A stretch of DNA of 64,000 nt from Trichinella spiralis (Eukaryota): positions 182,965-246,964 of the forward strand of contig NW_003526945.1 in the NCBI RefSeq assembly GCF_000181795.1, written 5' to 3'. Below are positions 42,001-54,396 of this stretch, piece after piece. The notes below the pieces were generated by a model. That model had not been told where the DNA came from. It made no database searches and saw only the letters and a list, made by a program, of their open reading frames with translations. A program made the position numbers and the translations under genes. Position 1 is the first letter of the stretch. Each line of letters opens with the position of its first letter.

Positions 42001-43640
42001 CATCAGTTTTATATTGTTTCAAAAACGAAAAAAAAGTCATGAATGACGATTAATTTTAATTCAATTTTCAGAAATTTTAATAAATAACAGACAAAACTTT
42101 AGCATGTATACACACACGCGCGCACACACACACCTCTTGTAAATAGATTTTATAACAAATTGCATCAAAGTACATTCTTCCTGTTTTGTTGAATATAGTT
42201 ATCATATCTCATGATGTATTTGTTGAAAATAAGTTTAAAACAACCTTTTTACTGTTCTTCGGTAAAATCAAGTGAAAACTACAAATGGCAAATTATCTGG
42301 AAAAAATGCTTGTGAATAATACTTAAAAGCTGCAACCTTGCTTGTGCAAGTGTAATTTTTAAAAGTCATTTTAATGAATTGCATAATAAAGCACTCTTTT
42401 TTGCATAATAAATAGCACGTAATTGCTAGCCTTGTCAAGCAGCTTGAAGCAGTTTCACGAAGAGTAGTAGCAGTAGTAGAAGAGAAGAAAAGCAGCATAG
42501 CAAGCAAGAAGCTAGTGCCACCAAACAAACAAGTTTTGATGTGTTAAAAATATTTTTCTTTCATTCTAAACTCCCGTAGCGTTTGTAAATTTGTGTAAAG
42601 TATATTTGGAACCCTTTTTGGCAATAATTTGAATATGATAATTGGAATTTTTATCACCTCACATTCCCTGCATGTGGTCCACATGGCAACATCAATCCCC
42701 AGAGGCGTTGAATAGAATCCAAAAGTCAAATAAATAGTAAAGCTAGTAATGAGGATTTTGTTGGAAAAATTTTTTACCACTGTTCCACTCTCTTACGATT
42801 GAATGACATGTTTCAGTATGAAACTGCATCCAGATAGAAAAATGCTCGTGCATTCTATGTCAACTGCAGATGTTTGCATAGCAAAATCGTAAATAGCAAC
42901 AGCAATAAAAGCTATTACGTAAATAAGCACAGGTAGTGAAAAGCTGAAATGAAAGTCTTGCTCTTTGTTAACTGAAAATGCTAAAATTTTTATTATATAA
43001 TTGAAATGATCACGTAACGGAACATTTGTTTGTGCTTATTTTTTTTCTTTTGAAAAATACGATAAGAAAGAAAATAAAAGCGACTGAAATAAATATCATT
43101 TCTGATTTTACGATTTAAAAGCTTAGTGGAAAGTTGGTTTGATTTTAAAGCTAAAACTTAAACATAATGCTGCTTAATTCTGTTCAAGCAATCTTCTGTT
43201 ATTAGTTGAAACACATGCGCGCCATCAGATTGCTTGCTTTATTGTGCAATTGGAATATAATTTTGAATTCAGTTTTAATCGACATATAACAACACAACGA
43301 CAAACGGAATTTTATACAAGTTTTATAAAATGTGTACGTGATTTTATTTTTCTTTTATTATTGAAATGAAATCAACTGAAGTGATTTCCCTTTGCACTAT
43401 TGAAATACTGGCATAAAGTTGAAAAGAAAATAATATTATATACTGCTTATAAAGAAATTTTCACAATAAATAAGTCCAATGTAATTGATAACAATTATAA
43501 TAGGTGATGAAACCGTTTTGCAAATGCTTATTCTTTTCAAAATATTTACAAGAGATTGCGCAACGTATTCAACAAACGTAAATTTTAGATCAGCTTTTTC
43601 ATATTGAATAATAATGCATTTTACAAAATTACAAAACATG

Positions 43641-43671
<31 letters not shown>

Positions 43672-44299
43672 TAATTTGTAATAAAATTTCTGAACATTGT
43701 TATAGTCATTTGTAGCAATTAATAAAAAGGCTGTTTAATGAAATGTGGTGTATGTCGTCGAATAGAAATGGTAAAACAATTGCTTCGTTGCTATCAGTGG
43801 TTGTTTGCACAAGGGTGACAGCAAAACTTCAGTTATTTTGCTTATAAATTTTTAAATTTAAGCATTAACATAAATAAGCTCTAATATCTTTACTTTAGAA
43901 AATTTATAACTTCTCAGAAATTTTGTCAACAAGAAAATTATAATTCTATAATTAAATTATGAAATGAATACACACACACACACACACACAGACGCACACA
44001 TAATCCTTGAAAACATTATCCACATTCAAGAGTTTTCCATGTATACAGTAGTTGTATGTATGATATGGTTGAAATTTAGTTTGAATTCGAAGAACGCTTA
44101 CAGTTTTACATGGTTGATGTAAGGTTATTTATATGTATAAACTTGATGTAGTTTTGATTTAAAACAAAATTTGTGTTTATCTTATTTAAAATTTAATACA
44201 GCAAAAAAACAAAGAAAAAATATTTTTAACTTACGTGAGTACAGCAATCAGTTGATCAGCGGTGATTTGGTCAATATCAAGCGGAATATCTCCGCTCAT
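36043..44299 (-). CDS. PPP4R4: Serine/threonine-protein phosphatase 4 regulatory subunit 4 (HEAT-repeat protein) with a long low-complexity basic C-terminal tail, multi-exon
   Basis: Exon 1 44299-44235 MSGDIPLDIDQITADQLIAVLT splices in phase to DGSENQRICVVRNLP..LRDVLPTVE. Downstream exons give VRAAWMEMIIDVI, KILPVVQAQCQDPDSRIRATACQQL, ILLPMLIELNKDEDETVREADFEAIV, LLPVYRRLCQDTDSEVQKQAALSFH and SSNWRCHEQ. The final exon ends ...GGNSRSRNV* at 36043. The 3' exon structure is less certain. Confidence 0.85.
43638..43670. repeat. (ATGT)n microsatellite in PPP4R4 intron 1
   Basis: Directly visible. Confidence 0.95.
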
Positions 44300-45159
44300 T
44301 GAAAGGGCAATATATATTCATTGAAAAGCAACAATTAAAAAAATATAATAAAATAAATAAAAATACACTCAAATCAACAACGGTCAAATAAATATTAGCG
44401 AAAATGTGTGTGCGTGTTGTTGAATGGAAGTTAAACTTTTCCAACTGGACTTTTAGGATGAGAAGAAGCGGAAGAAAAATTAGTTAAAAGCAACAAACGA
44501 ATAATAATGAAGAAGAAGAAGAAGAAGAAGCAGAACTTCAATGAAACGTCCATTCTGGCTTGCGGAAGCTTTTCACTGCGGCAAACGTGGCCAACCAGCG
44601 TCAAAGGGCGGCCAGCTAACGCTAACACGTTAGCAGCTGTTTGTTTAATATACACTTGGATAGCCGAACAAAGAGTTGGCTATAACCAAATGCAATCGAC
44701 ACTAACAGTTGTCAGCAGTCACCTGACTGATGAAATGCCGACAACCTGGACAAATGCTCACACCGTACCCGTCAAATGGCTATTCAACTTCTTATCATAA
44801 TTTACAATTTGATGGTAAATTATTTCTAAATTGACAGTGAATTTTATTCTGTTCATTCTTTGCAATCTTATCTTTACTATTCACAAATCACATACCACAT
44901 TTATTTATTTCAATTTTATTCCAAAATTAAAATTTTATATAAATGAAAATATTCTGTTTCACAACTGCAACTGCCAAATAATTATATAAAATTATTCTGA
45001 AAAGTAGTAAATTATTTCAATAATTTAAAAAAAGAGCCAACAAACATTTTTTCATTATTTATTCCTAATTATAAATCATATCATATTCGAAATTAATTTC
45101 AATAATATTCCATTATTTCTTATTACGATTACGACATTTCATAACATTTATTAATAATT

Positions 45160-45190
45160 ACACACACACACACACACACACACATACACA
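45160..45190. repeat. (CA)n microsatellite
   Basis: Directly visible. Confidence 0.95.
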
Positions 45191-48100
45191 TATTATATTT
45201 ATATGCTTCACATAGAGTAGTCATGTGTTTTTATAATGTGTTTTTATAATCACAGTAATACATGTGTTTTTATAATTTCCAAAAATTTTGACACTAAGAT
45301 TTATAGAGTTTTAAAACATATTTTTATCCTTATTGTAATCTTATTTTAAGTGTTCTATTACCCATTACTCACCGTTAATACTATCTTCAATTGACTGAGC
45401 AATTCGACTGACTGGAGGCTAACGGTGTGCAACAACTGAATATAATGGCGTTTTCGTTGCAAATCCCGACGCATGCATAAAACGCATTTTGAAAAACACA
45501 TATATTCTTGTAAATAATTTACTCAACAAACAGAAGACAGACCTCAATGATGACATAAAAGGTGTCTAATTCGGTGAGTTGCATTTTGCCTTCACTTATT
45601 TTGTAATTTATGAAAATAAGCAGTCTGTAATCCACTACCGTGATTGAATACAATAAATAGAGTATCTGTAATTTTGTCTATATTTCATGTCTGCATTAAA
45701 GAGCAATCTGCCAGGGATGCCTTTCGTTTTAGATGTTCAACAACTGCAGTAGTCCATTATTGTGGATGGGTTATTAAAATCAGTAAGCGGATGTAATAAT
45801 TCAGGTTGAATTTTACGCTATACGTTTTAATATTACATTATCAGAATGAAAATTTTCACAAAAAGAGGTAGTTTATTATTTTTGATGTTCGGTGCATTGA
45901 GGCTAGATCGTGCAACTCTGCGTATGTGAACGCTGTTTGTCTAATATGTAAATCAGATTTCCCTGACATAGTAATTTGATCATCAACAACGTGCTTGCTT
46001 TGCTTGTTCAATTAACGTGACCAGCAGTAGTCGCAGGACGCGTTCATTTGGTGCATTGTAGATTCACTCGTGGTGTGCAGTGGCTGAAGATTATCTTCAC
46101 CACTTGAAAGTCAGACCAACATCTGTGAAAGAAATTGTTTTATTTTCTGATCCCCTTATTTTCATTTCTTGAAAATGATGAATTCTAATTTACAGCAGCA
46201 CAAACAAAAACCATGGTCCTCACCGCTGAGACGTCATCTATATGTAGGTAAGTTTAATTTTTTTTGCTTAATTCGCAATTGATCAACAACACAGATGAAA
46301 ATAGGTATTGAGCTTGTAGTTGAACAACATAAATAAATAATACTATGTCTGAAATAGTTCAAATTTTATCTCTAAGCAAAAGAACATTTTTTTATTTTGT
46401 TATTCTGAGCTTTCCCTAATTGTAGCACTTAGTTCATATCAACGAGTTTGTTTTATATGTAAAATGTAAATTGTAATTTTTTTAATTTCATGTTCTGTTT
46501 TGATTCATATTTCTCAAGTCATATTATCAATATGAGATGGGAAGCTGTTTTGTGAAAATCGGTGATTTGGAGTTGTTTTGGTACAGTTAGGCTTCGGCAA
46601 TTAGCGTTAAATGATGCTACTTGTTTGTCTAGTATGCTAATGAATTTTCACTGAACAAGGTCTTGCGAGTTACGATTGTTTGACTAATATGGAAATTGTT
46701 AGTTTTTGAAACTAGGCTTATCAACAACTGTGCGTGCGCCTGTTCAATTTACTATTTTGACGAGCAGTAGATCCAAGCAGTATTTTCTACATTTGCGTTC
46801 GCCATTCAGAGTATTCCGTTTTTAAGTACTGAACAGCGCGACTTTTTTCACTTGTTTTCTTCCTTCCAGTGTACACATTTTTAATATTTCGCCAATAATT
46901 ATATATGAATTACCATATTTGAATATTCAATTTTTCATTAATCATATTACTTGCAAGTGTTACTTTATGATAAAGCAGACACTTTATTGAATGAAGCCAA
47001 ATACCAGAGAAGACGCAGACAACACGAAGCGGAATACAAAGAAAGGTGTATGTGATTCCTCATAGGTCCTTATTCTGTAAGTCTGAGATAGGCATATTTG
47101 GGAAGTATGAATTTATGCTTCCGTATCGATCACAGCTGTTTAGTTATGCTGCTGTTGTAAGCCACCTCAGCCAAGCAAACATGAGCTCAGTTGCTGATAA
47201 AATATGCATATGAAGGGAAATTATTTTGCATATTTAAATAACAATCCTCACACAGCGTTATATGACCTAAATAATGCGCACTACATTTTAACGCTGCATT
47301 AGCTTTTTGACTGAAAGTAATTTTCAAATTCACCTCGTAAATGAAATTTAAAAAATTAAAATTTGAATTGCTACCGATATGAAGTGATAATCTATTTTAC
47401 ATATGAAACAACTTGTTGATATTTGACTGCTATATTAATGGCAAAACCCAATGTAACTAAAAGTGATTCTTTAATTTAGACGTAGATTTGCAAAGCCAGT
47501 ACTTATTCTTAGTTATATTTGTAAAGAGGTTGTGAACTATTCATATTCAACGTACCAGAATAAACATTCTGCTCGTTCTCGGTCACTTTTTTTCTGCTAT
47601 TCTAAATTGCATTTAATTAATAAGCAGTAAATTAACACAATCGTGAAACTTCTCAAAATGCTTGGCAATAGTCAAATAAGTGCAAAATAAATTGAAAAAT
47701 TGAATGCAGCTGTTATAACGTCATACATTGTTGTTTAATGCAATAATTTACTAAGGATGCTAATAAAACTAAATTTATTAACAATTCAAGTCAAGTTAAT
47801 GTCTCCATGCTCAGGATGTATTTTTCAACAATTTGCTTCCGCTTATAAGTGCATTTAAACAAATGGATCAGTACTTGAAAAATTTTTATCAATTATTAAA
47901 ATGTTTTGTTGATTAACGCAGAGAATAATTTGTTAGTTCTGCCTATATAGATTTTAGGTAATATCCAACATTTAATTTACTAATTTAATGGTGAAATTTG
48001 CTATATTTGCATTGTAACAAATTTCGCGTTTATGGGTTGAAAAATGGAAAATTATTTGAAATATGTAAAAATGAGTCATCATTTTAAAAAAATTTAATTC

Positions 48101-48876
48101 GATAATGAGCATTCAAAAAAACTTCTTAAATAATTTTTGCTGTAGGGTGCTGTATTACAAAAGGAACATTCAGGAATAATTACAATGAAAATCATTTTTT
48201 GCTATTGAATTGAACAGTTATGATTTGACAGACAACTGAGTAATTTTTTATTTACGCTTATCATGTGCTTGTTCAATATATAATGTCGCCCAAGCTAATT
48301 TGAATGTTATATGTTATGCTGTTTACATTTTATCCTCTAATTTTGACCCAAGCGCTCATGAAATACTTCGGCTTGCATTTGTCAATTAAAATATTGTAAT
48401 TATTATTGTTTAGACTTTTCCAATAATTGCTCACTGAATTCGATAAAATCAAAGTAAATTCTGACTCATGAGGAATGTTTTCAAAAATAATTTTTGCTGA
48501 TTATTGCTTGAAAATCTTATTGACTGTATTTCCTGTTGTGAGTTCTTTGTTATTTTCTTTTTGTAGTACAGTAGTAGTATGGCTGCCGATAGTGATAGGT
48601 TGAAACTAAATATTTAATTTTTGCATTTAGTTTTGGAAACAATTTGTTAATAATTTTAATGTTAAACACGCGATAACGGTTTCTTATATTATCATTTTGC
48701 CCATTGTTTTTATTTTTGACAATTGTTATTCATTTAATTAAGTATGTTTATTATGATACATGTTATAGTGTCTTTCTAGCTATGTTGAATTGTTTTTATG
48801 TTAATTAATTTATCAAATAATAATTATTTTTTACCATTTTCGTATACTGTTGTGCGTATTCTGTTTGAAAAACCGA

Positions 48877-49207
48877 ATGGCAGGAGAAAGTGATGTATTT
48901 ATGGCTGAATGCATTTTGAAGGAACGTTATAGAAAAGTATAATATGTTTATTGAAGTAATATAGTTCTGTTAATTAGGCATTCATATGTGTAATTAAAGT
49001 TATTTTTTATTGTTTTTTATTGTTCACGGGAATTTGTAGTTATTAATGTGATGTCGCTGTTAACATTGTTAAAGTACATTTTCAAGCGGATGGCCAATAG
49101 CTTCAAATTCAACATCCGCAGATAGCCATGGTCAGATAACCAAGGAAGAATTAGAGGCCAAACTAAAAGGATATTTTGAACTTCTTATAGAGGAGACGTG
49201 CAGCTAA
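48877..49207 (+). pseudogene. Internally deleted paralog of the chromodomain gene at 57512-58454 (exon 1, intron start and C-terminal remnant)
   Basis: 48877-48936 encodes MAGESDVFMAECILKERYRK|GT, versus MAREGSDIYTAECIMNERKRK|GT in the intact gene. The following intron shares 'aattagg...ttaaagt.attt.tattg' and 'gatgtc.ctgttaacattgttaaagta' with 57601-57695. 49088-49207 reads GWPIASNSTSADSHGQITKEELEAKLKGYFELLIEETCS*, resembling LPLSMNSGPSPGLYSRSNLTIGEFEEKLERFLQLL. Confidence 0.72.
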
Positions 49208-51159
49208 GCGCTCATGATTGTTTGAGAACGAATAAAAATGAGTCATTCTTTATTCATTTTCTGGTTGCTTTTACTTTTTAGCATTTGCTTCAGCCACAAG
49301 CATCAGCGAACACTTGTAATGTATACAATGGAAGTCAGTGCGCTTTACTTCATATCAACATTTAAATTCCACAGTGGTGATTATGCAATCAATGTTGTTT
49401 TGAACCAGCATTTTTCCATTTAGCAATTAAAAATGCTGAAGACACTTCTCATCAGTGGAAGCGACAGTCTCGAACTACTATTTATTGAGTTGGGCATCAT
49501 TTTCTATCTTATAAACTGGGTAGTACAAGGATGTAACTTCAGGCCCCTTAAATTGAAATGATCGGTGATTAGTTAGTTTCATTCTTCGGAGATGCCCTCA
49601 CGGGGAATTGAACTTGTTTGAAAAAATTAACATTTCACGTTGCTTTGGAAAAAGCAATTTCAGTTTTAGCTCTCAGTCAGCTTGCTCATGAATTTTGCAA
49701 CAGTTAATCTTTATTAACTGCTGTGTCAATGAAGTTCACAAATCAAAAATTAGGTTGCTTGAAAAAGGCTGTGATGTTTAGATATCAATAGTTTGAACGA
49801 CTGAAGCACTTCCGCATACCTAATGATAGTTTTTTTAATCTAAATATATAAAACATGATCAAAAATAAATAGACCGATTGTAATTATGAAATTTTTAGAT
49901 TTCAGTTTTCACCAGCCTTATTTTTTTAGAAGCTGCTTGTTTCTCTTATGAAGATCAACCCTGAAAAATGGAAATTAGTTCAGTTTTGATTTCATTTCAG
50001 CTGTGTATTAGCAACCGTTTAAAAATGAAAAAAGTACATCAAGTTTTGATTAAATGTATGCAGTATAACTCTGATTATCTGAGCACATTTTGGTCAGTTC
50101 ATTAGAATGCATTGCTTATGAATATTAACCCAACCTGTATATATTTTACTAATACTGTAAAATGTACTAGAATACTGTAACATTTTGCAAGCAATTATAG
50201 TGAGTAAAGGTTGAATAACGTTGCATAATGTAACCCCAAAAACGGCATGTTCAGATTATCAGTGTTCTACTGCATATTTTATGCTGGTTAAATACATAGA
50301 ACATTCATTGCCAAGCATAAGACGTCACTATTACACTAGTCCTTTAGAACTCTCTTACTGATATGGCCTGTATGTGAATTCTGACGATTCCTTTATAGCT
50401 GGCAGTTTCTCAGAGCTCAGTCTGCATTGACTATGCTGCTTGCACTTGTTACGAAGAGTCAGAGCTTTAAAGTAGTCAGGCTACTAGAACGTTTTATTTA
50501 AGTGGGCACACACTAAATTAGTGCTGAGTTGTCCTGTTAAGCGTGCTGGTCCTGTACTAAAACATGCAAGAGCAAAGAGATGCACTGCGATGAAGTTTGA
50601 GAATGCAGTAAGATGTAAGCATATATGACAGCTAATTTATACATTAAACTGACAGTACACGACCTCAAACTGCCGCTATTACTAACATTTGCTGCTACAA
50701 TGACCGCTGCTCCAGTCATAAATAACACCAATTGTAAAGTACTAATGACAGCTAAATGTAAGCTATTCAACAATAAGGAAAAGCATGAACCAATGTCCAG
50801 AGAACAGCGCTGATATTTCGAATATAATATGTTTCGGTTTGCTGAAATTATTATTAAAAATTTAAATTTGTTAAAGCAGTGCTTGTAAGCACCTATATTT
50901 ACTAATAATAGTTTTTTCATCAAAATGTAAATTGAAAGTTTTATTTTAATGCTTATTTATAAAATTTCAAGATTATATAAATGTGAAATTTTTTACTTAT
51001 TACTACAATATATTTTAGTGGGATTTGACTTTTTATTTTTTAACAAGTGTGATATGTAAAATAAATAGAAAATCAAATATCGTAGAAACAAAAAATTTTG
51101 CACACTGCATTACCAACTTACAGTAGACACAAAATAATTAAGTGAGAATGGTAGGTGCC

Positions 51160-51500
51160 ACAAACCAATTTGAATCAGCCAATCAGAGCAATATGTCGCT
51201 TAAGCTGCGAAATTTATAGTTTACACCGATTTCGCCCGCTGATAGGCTGCACGGTTTTTTTATCAATAATTCGTAATTAACTTATGCTATTTTATTTATC
51301 AATTAATTTGTGAGGTGGAATTACTTATCAGAACTGAATAACTTATAAAATAGCACAAGTCAATGTACAATTACCGATCAAATGCCGTACAAGTTATGAG
51401 TGAACAACCAATCACACAAAGGGGGCGGAGTGGGGAAATGGGTGCGGGTGAAATCAGCATACCCTGAGGTTCGAGTACGCAAACTAATTTTATATAAATG
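51160..51500 (+). promoter_or_regulatory. Candidate Pol II promoter of the NAXE gene (CCAAT boxes, GC box, TATA)
   Basis: CCAAT at ~51166, ~51179 and ~51408, GGGGCGGAG at 51422 and TATATAAA at 51491. These lie upstream of a probable 5'UTR exon ending at the G|GTAAGT donor at ~51637. Confidence 0.4.
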
Positions 51501-51734
51501 GTGAACGATTAAATTGAAAAAAATAGTGTGTGAAATATATTTTCATTATTTTTGTTTTTTTACATTATTTCTGACGTATTTAAAATGAAATGCTGTAACT
51601 ACTTTTATTTAACCTTCAGTGTCTTTCATATTATACGGTAAGTATACTGTGCTCTACATTTTGTGAGCTTTTATATCTATAATATTTCTACGAAGTATTT
51701 TGTTGTTCAAGAATAAATTTCAGAAGCAATAAAC

Positions 51735-52830
51735 ATGGTGAAATTCGTAAGGTATGTTTCGATGTCATCTGTTTAAAGTTATAGCTATATATTTAAATTA
51801 TGAATTTGATGTTTTGTAATTATTTTCGTCAGTTTGTTTTAATTTTTGTTGTGACAGAATAAATGAATACTTTCTTAAATGTAATCATCATAAAACTGCA
51901 CATTTTTTTATTTATTTAAAGATTACGATTTATTGGTGTATTAAATAATTTCATTTCAAATAAAAGTTGATTTTATTCTAAGTGTATAAAGGAAGATGTC
52001 AAAATATTTTAATATATGAATTTGTTTTTTAGTAGGGCTATTGCGCATAATATAGAAGAACAGTTAGTCAATAAATATTGCTTTTCCGTTGATCAGCTAA
52101 TGGAATTGCGCGGAAAAGCGTGTGCAAACTCAATTTTGAAGTTTTATCCCCCTGTACATGCAATGTCAAATTATAAGAGAATAATGGTCATCTGCGGCCC
52201 AGATAACAACGGAGGAAATGGCCTAGTCTGTGCTAGGCATTTAAAAAGCCTTGTAAGTTTAAAATATTTTATAAATGATGACTTAAATAGCTATTTTTGT
52301 CTATTTTGTTTATAGAATTATGAGCCTCTAATCGTTTATGCGGCGAAACCAAAGTCAGCCATAATGAAAAGACTTTTGTCTCAAGCTAGGGAATTTCAAA
52401 TTCCCATTTTTGAAACAACAGATGATATTGATTGGTCACATGTTGACCTAATTATTGATGCAGTACAAGGATTGCATTCAAATCCTCCTGTTAAGAAACC
52501 TTATAAACAAATTGTAGCCTCAGTCATTGGGTTTATTTCAATTCCTATTGTTAGCATAGATATTCCATCAGGTATGGTTTTCCCTTTTACTATTATTGAA
52601 TTTAACATAATGCTCGTTATTTAGGATGGCACGCTGATGAAGGGCCGATTGGACCAGACGCTTTGCAACCTGAGGCTATAATATCGCTCACTGTACCAAA
52701 AAAATGCGCTGAGAAATTCACTGGTGAAATGCACATACTAGCTGGTCGTTTTGTTCCTAAAACGCTTGATAAACAATATGAATTGCATCTGCCACCATAC
52801 TCTAAAGACCATGACTACGTTTTACTGTAG
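51735..52830 (+). CDS. NAXE: NAD(P)H-hydrate epimerase (YjeF_N / AIBP) homolog with altered conserved motifs
   Basis: Exons 51735-51751, 52033-52252, 52316-52571 and 52625-52830 are phase-consistent. Motifs: FSVDQLMEL.G, VICGPDNNGGNGLVCARHL, DLIIDA, IVSIDIPSGW, LQPEAIISLTVPK and H.LAGRFVP..L...YEL.LPPY. Confidence 0.9.
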
Positions 52831-53429
52831 AACTATTCTTGTTATCTTTGCGTGTTTGAAAAGAGAAATGAAAGAAAGTTAATTTTCAGTTTTTATGCCA
52901 TTTAATTTTGATTTCCATTATAAATTTAACTTAAACTCATATAATTTGCTGATGACAAGAATATTCAAGATGAGAATTCATAAATACCATTATTTACGTA
53001 TAATATGTTACTGTAATATCCTGTTACTTTTGCATTCTAATTTTATGATTTGAAAATGTATTTTATTCAAAATTTCAAAAAAACTTCCAGTGACGGGATT
53101 TTAATAAGAATACCACACCACAATAAAGTATTTTGTCACAAATCCTTTTTTACAACTTCATTTTCTGATTTTACTGCAGTATACCATATAGTGAGCTGGT
53201 TTTGTTATGTGGCACGTGTGTTAATAGAACAGAGTTATACAAGTCTTGTCGTTACTGCATGTATGGCAGTAAAAGTGGAGTCATGTTTTATATTTAAAAA
53301 GCCAGACTTTTTATAGCTCTGCTCTGAAACTAAATAAAAATAGAACTGTAAGACAGGTATATGACAAAATCACAATTGATGTGATGAAGAGCGTTAAAGA
53401 ATACTGATCATCACATAGAAAAACTAAGG

Positions 53430-54396
53430 CAGCGATTCCCAAAGTGGGAGATATCACTCCCTTGGGAGCGGTGGAAGGCTGGAAGGGGGCGGTGGAAGTA
53501 AGGGGCACTTGGGGGGAGGGGCGCTTGAACACAATGTTTTATGCTTTGTGTTTATGTTGATATTTAAGAATATTAATTAATTATTTTGTGCTTAATGTGA
53601 AATGTGTCTTCATCTTCTTCGCTCATATTTGTATTTACGGTGGTGGCTTGACTGCGCTCCTGATCGCCGTTGAGCGATTATGTATTAATTGTGGATATGG
53701 AGTTAATTAATTTGGCAGTTGTTAGTCCATGCGACTTTGCTGGTTGCTTTTATCTGAGTAGCCTGGAAATCAGTCACCGCACTGAAGTCACGTTCAACTA
53801 AGTAGGAAGATGGGAAGGCGAGTAGGAACCTACTAGGAAATAGTGCCGCATGTACTTGCAAATGAAGACTCTAAATTGGGTGATAGACCCATTTTCAAAC
53901 ACTGACGAAATCGAAATGGAATTAGAAAAGGAATTAATTGATTTACAAATCAATGAAGAATTAAAACGAAAGTTTAAGAACGATTATCATTCTTTCTGGT
54001 TGCAAAAACAAATATCTGATCTCTATCCCGGTTTATGGAGAATGGTAAGAAAGTTCCTACTCGTCTTCCCATCTTCCTATTTAGTTGAGCGTGGCTTCAG
54101 TGTGGTCACTGATTTTCTAACAAAAAAAGAAGCTGATTGCAAATCGCCAAACGTGGTGATTTACGACTGTTCCTTACCAACATTGAACCCAATGTAGACA
54201 GATTAGTCGCAATGCACCAACTTCATCCATCACATTAATTATTTTCTCACTATATAATTCATTTTGAAAGAACACTCGATTTGAATAAATAGTCTGTTTA
54301 AAAATTCATTATTTTTTTGACAATAATTTAGGGGGGCGTTTGAAAAGTATATGTCTCTCAAGGGGGTGATAGACTGAAAAAGTTTGGGAAACACTG
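53430..54396 (+). mobile_element. Non-autonomous/deleted hAT-superfamily (Buster/Charlie-type) DNA transposon, ~967 bp
   Basis: Terminal inverted repeats CAGCGATTCCCAAA (53430) and TTTGGGAAACACTG (54383-54396), 12/14 match. Flanking 8-bp TSD aacTAagg / aacTAaag (7/8, central TA typical of Buster). Subterminal GGGGGCG motifs and a hAT C-terminal dimerisation-domain remnant. Confidence 0.88.
53850..54238 (+). pseudogene. hAT (Buster/ZBED5/SCAND3-like) transposase C-terminal dimerisation-domain fragment, frameshifted
   Basis: WVIDPF..ELIDLQ..FW...YPGL...KFLLVFPSSYLVERGFS. After a frameshift in the A-run at ~54122-54128 it continues ...GDLRLFLTNIEPNVDRLVAMHQLHPSH*, a typical Buster C-terminus. 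The catalytic core is absent. Confidence 0.85.

Noticed and set aside
42268..42780. Possible nested gene in PPP4R4 intron 1
   Set aside because: Short ORFs with non-ATG starts, no motifs and no convincing splice structure.
51416..51490. tRNA gene
   Set aside because: A/B-box-like motifs are present but acceptor and T stems do not pair.
51585..51637. Signal-peptide-like upstream coding exon for NAXE (MKCCNYFYLTFSVFHII)
   Set aside because: Splicing to the 51724 acceptor is out of frame with the NAXE ATG, so it is a UTR exon or uORF at most.
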